Source of the DNA: a virus
Taxonomy: Duplodnaviria > Caudoviricetes
Length of the DNA: 64,000 bases
Virus record (IMG/VR): IMGVR_UViG_2882447294_000001
Span: 587-64,586 of that record
Reading direction: 5' to 3' (one strand)
A program made the position numbers and the translations under genes. This document shows, one piece after another, positions 8,498-18,042 of the stretch (positions within the stretch are counted from its first letter, which is position 1; the number at the start of each line of letters is the position of its first letter). The notes beneath the pieces are model-generated. The model did no database searches. It had not been told where the DNA came from and saw only the letters and a list, made by a program, of their open reading frames with translations.

Positions 8498-8715
8498 TAG
8501 GCACTCTCCATATTCTTCAGCACGTCATCGGCCAGATCGTTGCCGGTCTGATTACGCTCTGCGTCGACATCGATATACCAATTCCCACCGATACGCTTTG
8601 CCGGGATCGTCCCGTCATTACACCAGCGCCGAACCGTAGAGCGCCCGGGCGGCTTGCCCAGGAAGCGTGCTTTTCGCCAATCATCAAGGCTCATGAGCTT
8701 ACCAGTCGACATCAT
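8497..8715 (-). CDS. xis: Excisionase
   Basis: AAGGAGGA RBS; 'LMSLDDW..PGRSTVRRWC..G.IPAKRIGGNWYI'; abuts int. Confidence 0.85.
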   Translation of the reverse strand: MMSTGKLMSLDDWRKARFLGKPPGRSTVRRWCNDGTIPAKRIGGNWYIDVDAERNQTGNDLADDVLKNMESA

Positions 8716-8803
8716 GTCCTCCTTGCCGTTGGCCTGACAGGGCCGAGCAGGCACAAAAAAGCCGGCAGGTGCCGGCGTGTCATTTTCCGTCTGTAGTAGG
8801 CGC

Positions 8804-9031
8804 CTATCCCGAGCTCTTCCTCGGTCGCCCGCGCGCCGTGACGGGCTTTTCCACGGCTTTCTTGAGAGCGGCTTCCCGGCTCAGACCCTTCGCTTCCAGC
8901 ATCCTCAGCCTCGTTTTCAACGTGCCGAGTGGCATACCGGCTTCTTCGGCGATGCTCGACAGGCTGCGCGCGGCGCGTTCAGGCTTTTTCCTGGCCTTGG
9001 TCAGTGGCTTGTCGTGTGTCGTGATTTTCAT
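8804..9031 (-). CDS. Small basic HTH-like protein
   Basis: 'LSSIAEEAGMPLGTLKTRLR..GLSREAAL'; coupled to the upstream gene. Confidence 0.55.
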   Translation of the reverse strand: MKITTHDKPLTKARKKPERAARSLSSIAEEAGMPLGTLKTRLRMLEAKGLSREAALKKAVEKPVTARGRPRKSSG

Positions 9032-9684
9032 CGGCTGCTGCCTCCTAGCTCAGCCTCTGCCTGGCGCCACGCTTCCTGCACTGCATGAAACGCCTCTGCA
9101 CTCCCGCCACGATCCGGATGTGTCTCGCGAAGCTTCCGCCGGTATGCGGCTTGCACCTCCTGACGATCACTGCTTTCCGTGCCGAGTATCGTTCGCCAGT
9201 GCGGCCGACCCATGGCCTCCGGACTGGCCAGTTGGGCAAAGCCGGTGAATGCGGCCCGCATCAACCCGGCATCGTGGCGCTCGATGGTGCGCAACGATTC
9301 GATCACGTCGGCGATCGCGGCCAGGTTGTCAGCGATACGGGTGTAGACGTCGCACGGTATGCACTGCTGCTGTCCGTCCAGCTCGAAGTAGACCGCGGCG
9401 CCAGGGTCTTTCGGCTCACGCTGACCAGATCGAGGCAGGCCGTCGCTTCGGAGTGCCAGGTCGGAGCTGATGATGATAGTGTCCGGCGGCACCCGATAGG
9501 GATGGCCTGCGCGGGTGTATCGATCGAGAGCAGAAAGCACGCGGTCGCGACCCTCGGCCAGGGTCAGCTCCTTCAGACCCCAGCCCTGCGCGTTGCGCTT
9601 GCCAAAGCGGCCGGATTTGCGGTCATTGGCTAGCGTTCGCGGCTTGCCCGGCGGCCAGCATAGTGGCGAGGCCGTTATCGTCAC
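9028..9684 (-). CDS. Phage protein with C-terminal DnaJ (J) domain
   Basis: 'WRTILG..AYRRKLRETHPDRGGSAEAF..V..AW' with HPD motif. Confidence 0.85.
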   Translation of the reverse strand: MTITASPLCWPPGKPRTLANDRKSGRFGKRNAQGWGLKELTLAEGRDRVLSALDRYTRAGHPYRVPPDTIIISSDLALRSDGLPRSGQREPKDPGAAVYFELDGQQQCIPCDVYTRIADNLAAIADVIESLRTIERHDAGLMRAAFTGFAQLASPEAMGRPHWRTILGTESSDRQEVQAAYRRKLRETHPDRGGSAEAFHAVQEAWRQAEAELGGSSR

Positions 9685-9944
9685 GACTCACCTCCCAAGT
9701 TATTCAGAATCTGATCGACTTCTCCCACAGCTATCTGTGCTGCTGCGTAGTCAGCCGCAATCGCCCTGTGCATTCCTCCTTCTATCGACCGATTAGCCTG
9801 CTTATACAGCCCGGCGTGGCGCATGCAGCCATCGAACAGTTCACCTTTCGTTTTACGAAACAGTGCCGCCGAGCTGTCTTCCAGAACACAAACGCCGGCG
9901 ATGGCCGGCGCGAATTGATTGGTGTAGGTGGTTGTGGTGGTCAT
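9681..9944 (-). CDS. Hypothetical phage protein
   Basis: RBS and start/stop coupling within the left operon. Confidence 0.55.
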   Translation of the reverse strand: MTTTTTYTNQFAPAIAGVCVLEDSSAALFRKTKGELFDGCMRHAGLYKQANRSIEGGMHRAIAADYAAAQIAVGEVDQILNNLGGES

Positions 9945-10534
9945 GCGGCCCCCTTGATCCTTTGCGCGTAAGCGTGCCATGCATCTACGTCGCGCTTCTG
10001 GACTGATACCGTGTCATCACCTCGCTGCCACGTGACTCTCCCCTGAAGGCCGGGGACGCGCATGTCTACTCCAGGCTGATTGCTTCGCGAGGTGCCATGA
10101 AAGATGTAGGTGATCTCTGCGCCGGGGAACTTCGCCCGAGCCTCATCGGCAACGGCCCGTTCCAGCTCCTGCCGCGCCTTAATCTCGGCTACTTCGGTAT
10201 CGTGGTGCTCGGAGTTGTAGTAGGTCCAGTTGCCGACGAAGACAGGGTCACAGTCTTCCTCTTCGTCGTGGATCAGGTCTTCATAGATCACCTGGTCGCA
10301 CCCGCAATTGCACGGAACCCGCCATCCTTGATCTATTAGCGCGTGATCTGGAACACCACCGCGACGGCCGGCATATTGATCAGCCCATGGCGCACGCCGG
10401 CAAAACTCGACGAACTCCCATTCGGTGCCAAGCTCACCGGCACCTTGCCGGCGAGCGGCCGCGCTGTTGGTGGCGAACACGATGCAGCAATGAGCTTCGT
10501 GGTCTTCCTGAACATGATATGCCTTCAGTTGCAT
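9941..10534 (-). CDS. Hypothetical phage protein with Cys residues
   Basis: GAGGAG RBS before MQLKAY; coupled to the next gene. Confidence 0.65.
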   Translation of the reverse strand: MQLKAYHVQEDHEAHCCIVFATNSAAARRQGAGELGTEWEFVEFCRRAPWADQYAGRRGGVPDHALIDQGWRVPCNCGCDQVIYEDLIHDEEEDCDPVFVGNWTYYNSEHHDTEVAEIKARQELERAVADEARAKFPGAEITYIFHGTSRSNQPGVDMRVPGLQGRVTWQRGDDTVSVQKRDVDAWHAYAQRIKGAA

Positions 10535-10544
10535 GAGAGTCTCC

Positions 10545-11474
10545 TCACGGTGTTGGGACGCTCGGCTCGGCCTCGCCACCCAGCCATTCCAGCAGGCTGG
10601 CGATAACCTTCGACATCGCGTCGCTCCACAGCGCGAAGTCCGTTTCGAGTCGCACGGCAGGGTCGTCGCCGTCATCGGCCTGGCTGGCTTCATCGAGCAG
10701 CGCGTCGTCGAACTTCAGCCCCTTGATGCTCAAGTCATCGTAAAGCTGGAACCGCGCGAGACCTTCGATGCCAATGGCGAGACGCGTGGCCTGACGTCCC
10801 CCTTCCAGCAAGTGCTGCATTTCCTCGCTGTCCAGATCGACCTGGCGCGCGCGGTAGATTCCCTCATCCTCTGCGGCACGCAGTTCGACCTGGTCGCCCA
10901 GCAGCAAAATCGCCGGCCGGCTGCCTGGATCGCTCAGCCACTGCGTCATGCCGCGTGCCGGTGGTGTGCGTGTCGCCAGCGGCGTGACCTTGAGCGAGCC
11001 CAGCGACTGCCGCAGCAGATCCAGCGCTTCCTCGGCGGCTTTTCGGCTGCCGGCGTTGATGCCGATGATGCGGTTCGCGGTGTCCCACCAGACATCGATC
11101 CGCTTCGTGCGCGTGAATGCCTGCGGTAGCAACTCTTCCAGTACCTGCTCCTTGAGTAACTGGCGCTCACGACGGGACAGGGGCTGGCCCTCAGCGGCTT
11201 CGCGGGCCTCTGCCCGTTCGGCCACTTCGTCATTGACCACCGCCGCAGGCAGCAGGCGCTCCTGCTTGAGCATCGTGATCAGGATGTGGCGCTGGATCTC
11301 GTGGGAGAGCGCCTCGCTCTGCTTGCCGGCCGGCGTAGTCCAACCGACGCGGCGCATCTCTCGCGGCGACACGGGGCGGAAGGCGAACTCGGCCAGTGCG
11401 GCTTCGAGGTCTTCGAGCGCGATCGCCTGTTCGTCGCCGTGGATGCGGTAGAAAAACATGGCTTTGGGGAACAT
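10545..11474 (-). CDS. rdgC: Recombination-associated protein RdgC
   Basis: 'MFPKAMFFYR', 'GWTTP', 'ERLLPAAVV', 'ELLPQAF', 'LRQSLGSL'. Confidence 0.93.
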   Translation of the reverse strand: MFPKAMFFYRIHGDEQAIALEDLEAALAEFAFRPVSPREMRRVGWTTPAGKQSEALSHEIQRHILITMLKQERLLPAAVVNDEVAERAEAREAAEGQPLSRRERQLLKEQVLEELLPQAFTRTKRIDVWWDTANRIIGINAGSRKAAEEALDLLRQSLGSLKVTPLATRTPPARGMTQWLSDPGSRPAILLLGDQVELRAAEDEGIYRARQVDLDSEEMQHLLEGGRQATRLAIGIEGLARFQLYDDLSIKGLKFDDALLDEASQADDGDDPAVRLETDFALWSDAMSKVIASLLEWLGGEAEPSVPTP

Positions 11475-11484
11475 TACGGATCTC

Positions 11485-12570
11485 CTAGAACGAAGAAGCC
11501 GCCCCAGAGGCGGCTTCGTTGATGATTAGCTTTGTGTCTCGATATGCCTCGATGAACGTCACCGCCGCTTCCGCGACGATCGCGTTTCCGTAGGCGCGCA
11601 GTCGTCCCACTCGGGAGGGAGCCCCATGAGCCAGCGGGAGTGTGCCGGGTTCAACTGGCCGCCACTTTCCATCCCGGCAGAAGATCCAGTCAGCATCTCG
11701 CCAGAAGCCGTTAGTCGGGCCGGGCCGCACATCTTGGCGATCCCCTGATTCGATGGTCGCGGCTTTGTCTTGTCCCCCTGGTCGTACTGGTAGTCGCCTC
11801 GGCGGCTGTCGATCGTCGTGGGCGTCTGCCATCCGGCCATCTCTGCCTGGAGGTTCAGCGCCGTCAGGCTGACTCCGCACTTTCCGTCGAGTTTCCGTTT
11901 CCGATCGAGAAATGCTTCCGGCGACCCACCGGCTTCCGTTGTTGTGGGCGTTCCCCAGCCTGCCAGCATCGCGAAGTCGTTCAGGTTCGATCCGTGACGA
12001 GTTTCGCCCATCGCGCGCTTCGCTTGGCCACCGCCTGTGCTGTCGCTGGTTTGGGTTGTCGGCCAGCCCGTCAGCAACAAACCACAGCCGTTGTCGCCAG
12101 TGCGGCGCGCCGACGCCCGCAGCGCACAGATCCGCCGTCCCGACGGCGTAGCCCGTTCCTTCCAGGTCAGCTTGCACAAGGTCGAGCCAACCGAGGCCGT
12201 CCTTGCTCGCAACCTGCTCGCCAAAGACGACTGGAGGGCGGCACTGTTCGATGAGATGGTGGAACGCTGGCCATAGGTGCCGCTCGTCAAGCATTCCAGA
12301 TCGGCGGCCTGCCGCGCTGAAAGGTTGGCAGGGGCAGGAACCACTCCAAACAGGTCGACTATCTGGCCAGCCGGCACGCCGAAGCGCGTAGGACCAGACA
12401 CCGATTCCGGCGAAGAAGTGGCACTGCGTGTATCCATGCAGGTCGCTGGGATAGACATCGCGAATATCTCTCTCGTCTACGTCGCCGGGCGCGATGTGGC
12501 CGGCCTCGATGAGGTTTCGCAACCACTGCGCGGCGTATGGGTCGAACTCGTTGTAGTAGGCGCGTGGCAT
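11485..12570 (-). CDS. C5 cytosine DNA methyltransferase, alpha polypeptide
   Basis: Motif I 'FFAGIG', IV 'SCPCQPFS', VI 'EQV', VIII '[10 protein letters not shown]', X '[10 protein letters not shown]'. Confidence 0.92.
   Translation of the reverse strand: MPRAYYNEFDPYAAQWLRNLIEAGHIAPGDVDERDIRDVYPSDLHGYTQCHFFAGIGVWSYALRRAGWPDSRPVWSGSCPCQPFSAAGRRSGMLDERHLWPAFHHLIEQCRPPVVFGEQVASKDGLGWLDLVQADLEGTGYAVGTADLCAAGVGAPHWRQRLWFVADGLADNPNQRQHRRWPSEARDGRNSSRIEPERLRDAGRLGNAHNNGSRWVAGSISRSETETRRKVRSQPDGAEPPGRDGRMADAHDDRQPPRRLPVRPGGQDKAATIESGDRQDVRPGPTNGFWRDADWIFCRDGKWRPVEPGTLPLAHGAPSRVGRLRAYGNAIVAEAAVTFIEAYRDTKLIINEAASGAASSF
11559..12458 (-). CDS. Alternative-frame beta polypeptide of the methyltransferase (TRD repeats and motif IX); start uncertain
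   Basis: 299-codon nested ORF with three GW-x-T-(T/P) repeats and '[16 protein letters not shown]'. Confidence 0.75.
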   Translation of the reverse strand: MSIPATCMDTRSATSSPESVSGPTRFGVPAGQIVDLFGVVPAPANLSARQAADLECLTSGTYGQRSTISSNSAALQSSLASRLRARTASVGSTLCKLTWKERATPSGRRICALRASARRTGDNGCGLLLTGWPTTQTSDSTGGGQAKRAMGETRHGSNLNDFAMLAGWGTPTTTEAGGSPEAFLDRKRKLDGKCGVSLTALNLQAEMAGWQTPTTIDSRRGDYQYDQGDKTKPRPSNQGIAKMCGPARLTASGEMLTGSSAGMESGGQLNPAHSRWLMGLPPEWDDCAPTETRSSRKRR

Positions 12571-12599
12571 GCGTCCTCCAGAACCAAGGAAGCCGCCAA

Positions 12600-15134
12600 T
12601 CAGGCGGCCTCGTCGTCTTCAAGCACATCGAATAGCGATGGCATCGACATCTCTCGTTCAGCGGCCGCGCAGTAGGCGGCGCCATCCAGGTAATAGGCGG
12701 GATTGAGCTCGACGCCGCGGCCGCGACGCTTGAGCTTCACCGCACAGTACGGCACGGTCATTAGCCCGCCGAACGGGTCGAAGATCTCTTCGCCGGGCAT
12801 GCTGTACTGCTCGATGCAGCGCTCGACGATGTCGATCGGCAGTGGGCACAGATGCTGATCCTTGCCCTTCGAGGCCTGGCTGGTGTTGAGCGTCCGCATC
12901 CTGACCACGTCTGCCCATACGTCCGGGTGCCAGCTCTGCGGCTGTAGCAGCATGAATGTCGTTGGCAGCCATCCCGATTCGTCGACGGCTTCGGCAATCT
13001 TCACGTTGTGCCGGTAGTCGTAGACGGTCTCCAGGCTGTAGCGCTTGTACAGTTGGAAGATGGCGGCCTGATCCAGTGATTCGAGCTCTTTCGGATCGAG
13101 CAGGCGGTCGCCGCTGGACCGCATGAATCCATGGGCGTCCATCTGCCAGCGCGCGCGAGAATATTCGGCCTTGTTCTTCACGACCGGCGTGTCGGCATAG
13201 CCGTTGCTGGGATCGCTCGTCGGCTTTCGGAACACCAGCAGGTACTCCGGCATGCCGTTGCCCATGCGCGAGCCGTCCTTGCACTGCTCGGACCATCCCA
13301 GCCGGTAGGTCTGATTGTTCTCGCGTACGACATCGGTGACGATCGTCTTCCTGGCCAGGAACGCGAAGCCGTGCTTCGTGAAGTTGGCAACGGTCTCGTC
13401 GCTGAACGGGTGGACGGTCTGGAAGCCGAACCCGTTGATGCCGCCCGGCGTGATTCGGTCCTTCACGTGGATCGCCGCGACGCGCCCCGGTTTCAGCACG
13501 CGCAGCAACTCCGGTACCAGGTAGTCCATCTGCTGCCAGAAATGCGCGTTATCGTCGGTGTGGCCGAAGTCGTTATAGCTCGGGCTGTACTCGTACTGCG
13601 TCGCGAACGGAATGCTGGTCACGATCAGGTCGACGCTGTTCTCGTCCATGCTGCGCGTCTCTTCCACGCAGTCGTTGTTGACCACCGTGTAGTCTTGGCC
13701 ACTCGCCTCGACGCGCTTCACGCCCAGCGAGCGAGCTAGCGTTGCCGCCATGGCGGCATGGGTGAGGCCGTACTCTCGTATGAACTCGGTCATCTTCTTC
13801 ACCATCGTGTCGTGCTGGCGCCATTTCCGCTCGAGCTGACGCTTCACCTCGACTTCGGCTTCGGTGTAGATCAAATCGATCCGGACCGGCCTGGTTTGGA
13901 GGAAGCGCTGGATGCGGTGAATGGCTTGAATGAAGTCGTTGAACTTGAACCCGATGCCGAGGAATACGGCCCAGGCGCAATGCCGCTGGAAGTTGCAGCC
14001 GCTGCCGGCGATGGAGGGCTTGGCGGCGAGTTCCTGGAAGCGACCGTCACTGAAATCGACGATGGCCTGTTCGCGCTTGTCCAGGTCCTGGCTGCCGTAG
14101 ACGCTCACGATATCGGGAATCGCTGACTCGATGGCGTGACGCTCGGCCTCGAGGTCGTGCCAGATCAGACGGTGCGCCGCCGGATCCTCGGCGCGGATGG
14201 CCATGAGCTTGTCGATACGCGCCGGCAGGCTGTCGCGTTTCTCGCGCGCCGCGTCCTGGATGCCGATCGCGGCATTGGCGAACAACCGGCCCTGGCCATC
14301 TTTCTCGGCGCCGGCCTTGGTGTGGTCGCTGGGAATCTCGTGCCAGCGCACATCCATTGAGGGGAGTTCGTAGCCCTCGTCGCTGAATCCGAGATCGGAG
14401 GGGCGCTGGACGAACAGCCCCCAGCTCGCTACCCACAGCCAGAACTCCTTCTCCTTGTGCGGGTGCAGTGTGAGCTTGTCGGCCTTCTCGGCGTTGCGCT
14501 TGAAGAAGCGCGTCTTGGCCTGGCCGACGTCCATGATGCCCAGGAAAGCCGCATAGGCGAGCAGCTCGATGTACTCGTTCGGGCTCGGCGTTGCCGTGGC
14601 CACGAACCGGTACCGGATCCCTTCGGTGCGGATCCCGTTCTTCCGGTCATCGCCGGCGAACAGCGCCATGAACTCGCGGAAAGTCTTGCTGCCGCCGAAG
14701 CCGCGCAGGCAGGATGCCTCGTCGAGCGATGTCACGCTGAACAGCCTGGGATCGAGCTTACCGTCGCGCACCGACTCGTAGTTTGTGAGGTAGATCGCCT
14801 CCGGGTCGGTAGCCTCCTCGATCCGGCGGATGAACTTCACCTTGATGCCGAGCATCTCGGCGTCACGCCGGAACTCTTGGCGAACGCCCAGCGGGATGAC
14901 GATCAGCGCCATGCCGCCGGCACGCTCACGACAGATCCGCACCGCCTCGAGCTGAATAACAGACTTGCCCAGGCCAAAGGCGGCGAAACAAGCCCGACGG
15001 CCGCCGTCGACCATCCACTGCACCATGGCGCGCTGGTGATCCTTCAGGATTGGGTTGATGTCGGCGGGGGCGATCGGTACGCCATAGACAGGCGCGACCG
15101 CGACCTTCGCCTTGAGGAAGTCGTGGTATTCCAT
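12600..15134 (-). CDS. SNF2-like helicase fused to an amino (N4/N6) DNA methyltransferase
   Basis: 'FGLGKS', 'LDEAS', 'ATATP', 'RIQRF'; then 'VDLIVTSIPF', 'HLCPL', 'DPFGG'. Confidence 0.9.
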   Translation of the reverse strand: MEYHDFLKAKVAVAPVYGVPIAPADINPILKDHQRAMVQWMVDGGRRACFAAFGLGKSVIQLEAVRICRERAGGMALIVIPLGVRQEFRRDAEMLGIKVKFIRRIEEATDPEAIYLTNYESVRDGKLDPRLFSVTSLDEASCLRGFGGSKTFREFMALFAGDDRKNGIRTEGIRYRFVATATPSPNEYIELLAYAAFLGIMDVGQAKTRFFKRNAEKADKLTLHPHKEKEFWLWVASWGLFVQRPSDLGFSDEGYELPSMDVRWHEIPSDHTKAGAEKDGQGRLFANAAIGIQDAAREKRDSLPARIDKLMAIRAEDPAAHRLIWHDLEAERHAIESAIPDIVSVYGSQDLDKREQAIVDFSDGRFQELAAKPSIAGSGCNFQRHCAWAVFLGIGFKFNDFIQAIHRIQRFLQTRPVRIDLIYTEAEVEVKRQLERKWRQHDTMVKKMTEFIREYGLTHAAMAATLARSLGVKRVEASGQDYTVVNNDCVEETRSMDENSVDLIVTSIPFATQYEYSPSYNDFGHTDDNAHFWQQMDYLVPELLRVLKPGRVAAIHVKDRITPGGINGFGFQTVHPFSDETVANFTKHGFAFLARKTIVTDVVRENNQTYRLGWSEQCKDGSRMGNGMPEYLLVFRKPTSDPSNGYADTPVVKNKAEYSRARWQMDAHGFMRSSGDRLLDPKELESLDQAAIFQLYKRYSLETVYDYRHNVKIAEAVDESGWLPTTFMLLQPQSWHPDVWADVVRMRTLNTSQASKGKDQHLCPLPIDIVERCIEQYSMPGEEIFDPFGGLMTVPYCAVKLKRRGRGVELNPAYYLDGAAYCAAAEREMSMPSLFDVLEDDEAA

Positions 15135-15320
15135 GGATGCTCCAGAACTAAGTCGGCCACCGCGTGGGTGGCCAATCAAATAGGGTGGGACTCAGTCCCG
15201 GTTGTCTTCGGCCCACGCCTGATTCCACGAGTCGATGACTCGATAGACGCGACGAACCAGCCATGGCGTCACTGCAACGCCGACGGCGGTGAATGCTATC
15301 CAAGCCATGGCTGCCTCCGG

Positions 15321-15512
15321 CTAGAAGTGGTTGAGCCGCTTGGCCCGGCGCCGAGCTTTCCGCTTGGCTGCCTGGCGCTGGTGGGATTTGACGCTGCCGG
15401 CCTGGGCGCGCGGCATCGGCTGGATGTAGGGCGTGGCCTGCGTGCATCGGGGCAGGTTCCAGTCCTGAGCGGTGGCGCTGAGCATGCGGGCAACGGCGGA
15501 GAGGATGGTCAT
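15321..15512 (-). CDS. Small basic hypothetical protein
   Basis: Coupled to the MazG-like stop; Arg/Lys-rich C-terminus. Confidence 0.45.
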   Translation of the reverse strand: MTILSAVARMLSATAQDWNLPRCTQATPYIQPMPRAQAGSVKSHQRQAAKRKARRRAKRLNHF

Positions 15513-15919
15513 CAGTAAGCCTTTCCTCCGGCCTTGATGCGATTTTCCGGCTTGTGATCGGCGCGCCGCGCGTTGTATTCAAGTTTCTCCACCATGGCCC
15601 CGATGATGTCGTAGCCAGCGCGGCCTGCCAGGTCATAGATCCGTATGACAGCATCGGCCAACTCAACCTCGACCATCTCGCGGTGTGGCAGTTTGTCGTC
15701 CATCAATCCTTTGCGATGCCCCTCCATTGCCTCGCTGATTTCCGAATGAATCAGGCACAGCTTTTGCGCGAATCGCTCCGGGGTGAGTTCGTAAGCCTGC
15801 CCAGTTTTGGCATCAGACCACCATCCGGCGGCGCATGATCTCTGATAGCACAGCCTTGCCAGTTGTTCGGCGCCACGCTGGTCGAACTCTCCAATCATCG
15901 TGCTTTTGCTCATCATCAT
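15512..15919 (-). CDS. MazG-like nucleotide pyrophosphohydrolase
   Basis: 'LIHSEISEAMEG..EVELADAVIRIYD..KLEYNARR'. Confidence 0.85.
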   Translation of the reverse strand: MMMSKSTMIGEFDQRGAEQLARLCYQRSCAAGWWSDAKTGQAYELTPERFAQKLCLIHSEISEAMEGHRKGLMDDKLPHREMVEVELADAVIRIYDLAGRAGYDIIGAMVEKLEYNARRADHKPENRIKAGGKAY

Positions 15920-15963
15920 CTCCTTGAATTGGGGCCATCTTGACGCGGTGGCACACGGCCCGG

Positions 15964-16389
15964 TCAGTGCATGACGGGGTCAGGTTTCACCGCTGGATGC
16001 TGCTTGATTTTTTCGAGATAGCGCTGCATCAGATGCTCGTCGGCTTCGCGGAAGCGCTCGAAACTCGCGATCTTCGCCATCTCGCACATTGCCGGCAGCA
16101 AGCCGGTATACGATTCGTCCGTCACGAACACTGGCTGACCATCCGTATCGATCACTGGAATCTCTACAAGTCTCTTGCCAGTACGTTTTTCTGTGACGTT
16201 GATTGCATGGCCTTCTCCCCGAACAACGAGGAAAGCAAATGCTTCGATGGTTTCGCCCTGGTGGTTGCCATCAAGCACTTCGAGACGAAGGTCGCAAAAC
16301 GCTTCTACCTCAGTCGGTCCCTGGTCGGTCTGCACCAGTCGCATGAAGTCTTCATCGCCAATCGGCTCTACCGTTTCTTCGAGCTGCAT
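15964..16389 (-). CDS. Hypothetical acidic protein
   Basis: AAGGAG RBS; intact ORF in operon orientation. Confidence 0.6.
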   Translation of the reverse strand: MQLEETVEPIGDEDFMRLVQTDQGPTEVEAFCDLRLEVLDGNHQGETIEAFAFLVVRGEGHAINVTEKRTGKRLVEIPVIDTDGQPVFVTDESYTGLLPAMCEMAKIASFERFREADEHLMQRYLEKIKQHPAVKPDPVMH

Positions 16390-16613
16390 GATGATCTCCT
16401 TGAATTCGATGGCCCCGTCTCGTGGGGCATCCGGCTTTGCCTGGGCCTACCGCATTTGCGGTTCCGGTCATCCGTAAACGCTCGACCCCATGCCGAGCGC
16501 CCACGGGTAGTCCCGGGAGTGCGGCCCATCTCAGCTGCTGACGTGGATATTGGATACGCAAACCACCCGCCGGCCCGTCCGAGCGAGCAGCGCGGTGCGG
16601 CGGGGTGTCCTAA

Positions 16614-17087
16614 TCAGAAGGGGATTTCGTCGTTGAAATCGTCGAAGCTGCCGGGCGCCGGCGCTCCGTAATTCTGCTGACCGCCTTGCGGCGGTTGGTT
16701 CTGCTGCTGTGCGTAGTTGGATTTAGCCTGCTGATAGCCGCCGTAGTTCGGCTGTTGTGACGATTGCTGCTGCCCACCTTGGCCGCCAACCAGATTGATC
16801 TCAGAAACCTTCAGCGTTACCGCAAACCCTGGGCTGCCATCTTTCTTTTGAAACTCACGCGTACCAATCTCACCAGATACGAACACCTCCTGCCCCTTGA
16901 CGAGGTATTGAATCAAGCCACCCTCGGCGCGCTTTCCCCAGATCGAACAATCCAACCAGAGAGTGGACTTGTTCTGCCCAAAGCCGACATCCACCGCGAC
17001 GGGAAATCCCGCCACGGCATGGCCGCCTTGGGTCTGGCGAACTTCTGCCTGACGACCTACGCGTCCGACTGCTGTGTAAACACCCAT
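16614..17087 (-). CDS. ssb: Single-stranded DNA-binding protein
   Basis: OB fold 'GRVGR.AEVR..YLVKGQEVFVSG', Q/G-rich linker, C-terminal 'DDFNDEIPF'. Confidence 0.95.
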   Translation of the reverse strand: MGVYTAVGRVGRQAEVRQTQGGHAVAGFPVAVDVGFGQNKSTLWLDCSIWGKRAEGGLIQYLVKGQEVFVSGEIGTREFQKKDGSPGFAVTLKVSEINLVGGQGGQQQSSQQPNYGGYQQAKSNYAQQQNQPPQGGQQNYGAPAPGSFDDFNDEIPF

Positions 17088-17088
17088 T

Positions 17089-18042
17089 TCATACCCCTTG
17101 GTTAAATGCAGTGTGGCGGACATCGCCGGCGGCGATAGCAGTGAGAGCAGCGTGAGCGGATTGTGTGTCCAGACCGGCATCGATCAGATCGGCCAGGGCC
17201 TCATTCCAGCGAGATTGCTCTTTGACATGAGCGGCCTGCGGCTCATCGAAACCAGGATCAAAACCGATCCACTCAGGGGTATCCGATGGCGCAGCGTACG
17301 TTACCTGCTGTGCCGGATCATCCGCCGGGGCAGTCACCGCGGTGGCGGCAGCTTCCTGCTGCTCCTTAAATCGACGCAGTTCTTCTAGCTCGGCGCGCTC
17401 CGCTTCCTGGCGCTCTGCTTCTTCTCGCAGCCGGCGGCGCTCTGCCTCAACTTCCGCTTGCTCGGCGGCGAGTCGTTCACGTTCCAGCGCGGCAGCATGC
17501 ATGTCGCGGAGCGTATTGATGACGTTAGCCTTCGCGTCTTCGGCTTCGGCAGTGATGTCGAAATAGTCGCCAGTGCTGATATCGAGAGCCGAGTCGTATA
17601 GATCGGCCAGGGCAGTGGAGTCGAGGCCCTGGGCGGTATCGAGATAGCTGTTGATCTCCCGATCGAGGCGCTCGCGCAGCCGGGCGATGCGTTCTTCCTT
17701 TTTGCGCTGTTCTGCCTCGTCCGCGGCCTGCTTCGCATCGCGGTGCGGCTTCTCAAGTTTCTCGATTTCCGAGATCAGTGATTTGCCATAGTTGTTCACT
17801 CGCTCGATGAAGTCGCGGTGTGGCTTAGTGATCGCCAGTCGGGCTTTGTCTGTCCCGGTACGGTAGCCGGTTAGTTCCTTGATCGATGCCTTACCGGCCT
17901 TGTAGCCCTCTGGAGTCGAGTAGTCCGGCACGTTGCCGTGGCGGGCGCGGAGTTCGGCCAGCGCCTGCTCGACGCGGTTCAACTCGACGAGCTCGGTGCC
18001 GTAGGGCTCCTGGTCGTTCAGTTTCTCTGCTGTGTTAGCCAT
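17089..18042 (-). CDS. Coiled-coil protein of the recombination module
   Basis: Long helical/charged ORF between annealase and ssb; AAGGAG RBS. Confidence 0.7.
   Translation of the reverse strand: MANTAEKLNDQEPYGTELVELNRVEQALAELRARHGNVPDYSTPEGYKAGKASIKELTGYRTGTDKARLAITKPHRDFIERVNNYGKSLISEIEKLEKPHRDAKQAADEAEQRKKEERIARLRERLDREINSYLDTAQGLDSTALADLYDSALDISTGDYFDITAEAEDAKANVINTLRDMHAAALERERLAAEQAEVEAERRRLREEAERQEAERAELEELRRFKEQQEAAATAVTAPADDPAQQVTYAAPSDTPEWIGFDPGFDEPQAAHVKEQSRWNEALADLIDAGLDTQSAHAALTAIAAGDVRHTAFNQGV

Noticed and set aside
12658-13296. Nested ORF within the SNF2-MTase gene
   Set aside because: No motif or shift in codon bias, unlike the C5 MTase beta chain.
15914-16406. Repeat ATCTCCTTGAATT near 15917 and 16393
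   Set aside because: Explained as a shared ribosome-binding region of two adjacent genes.
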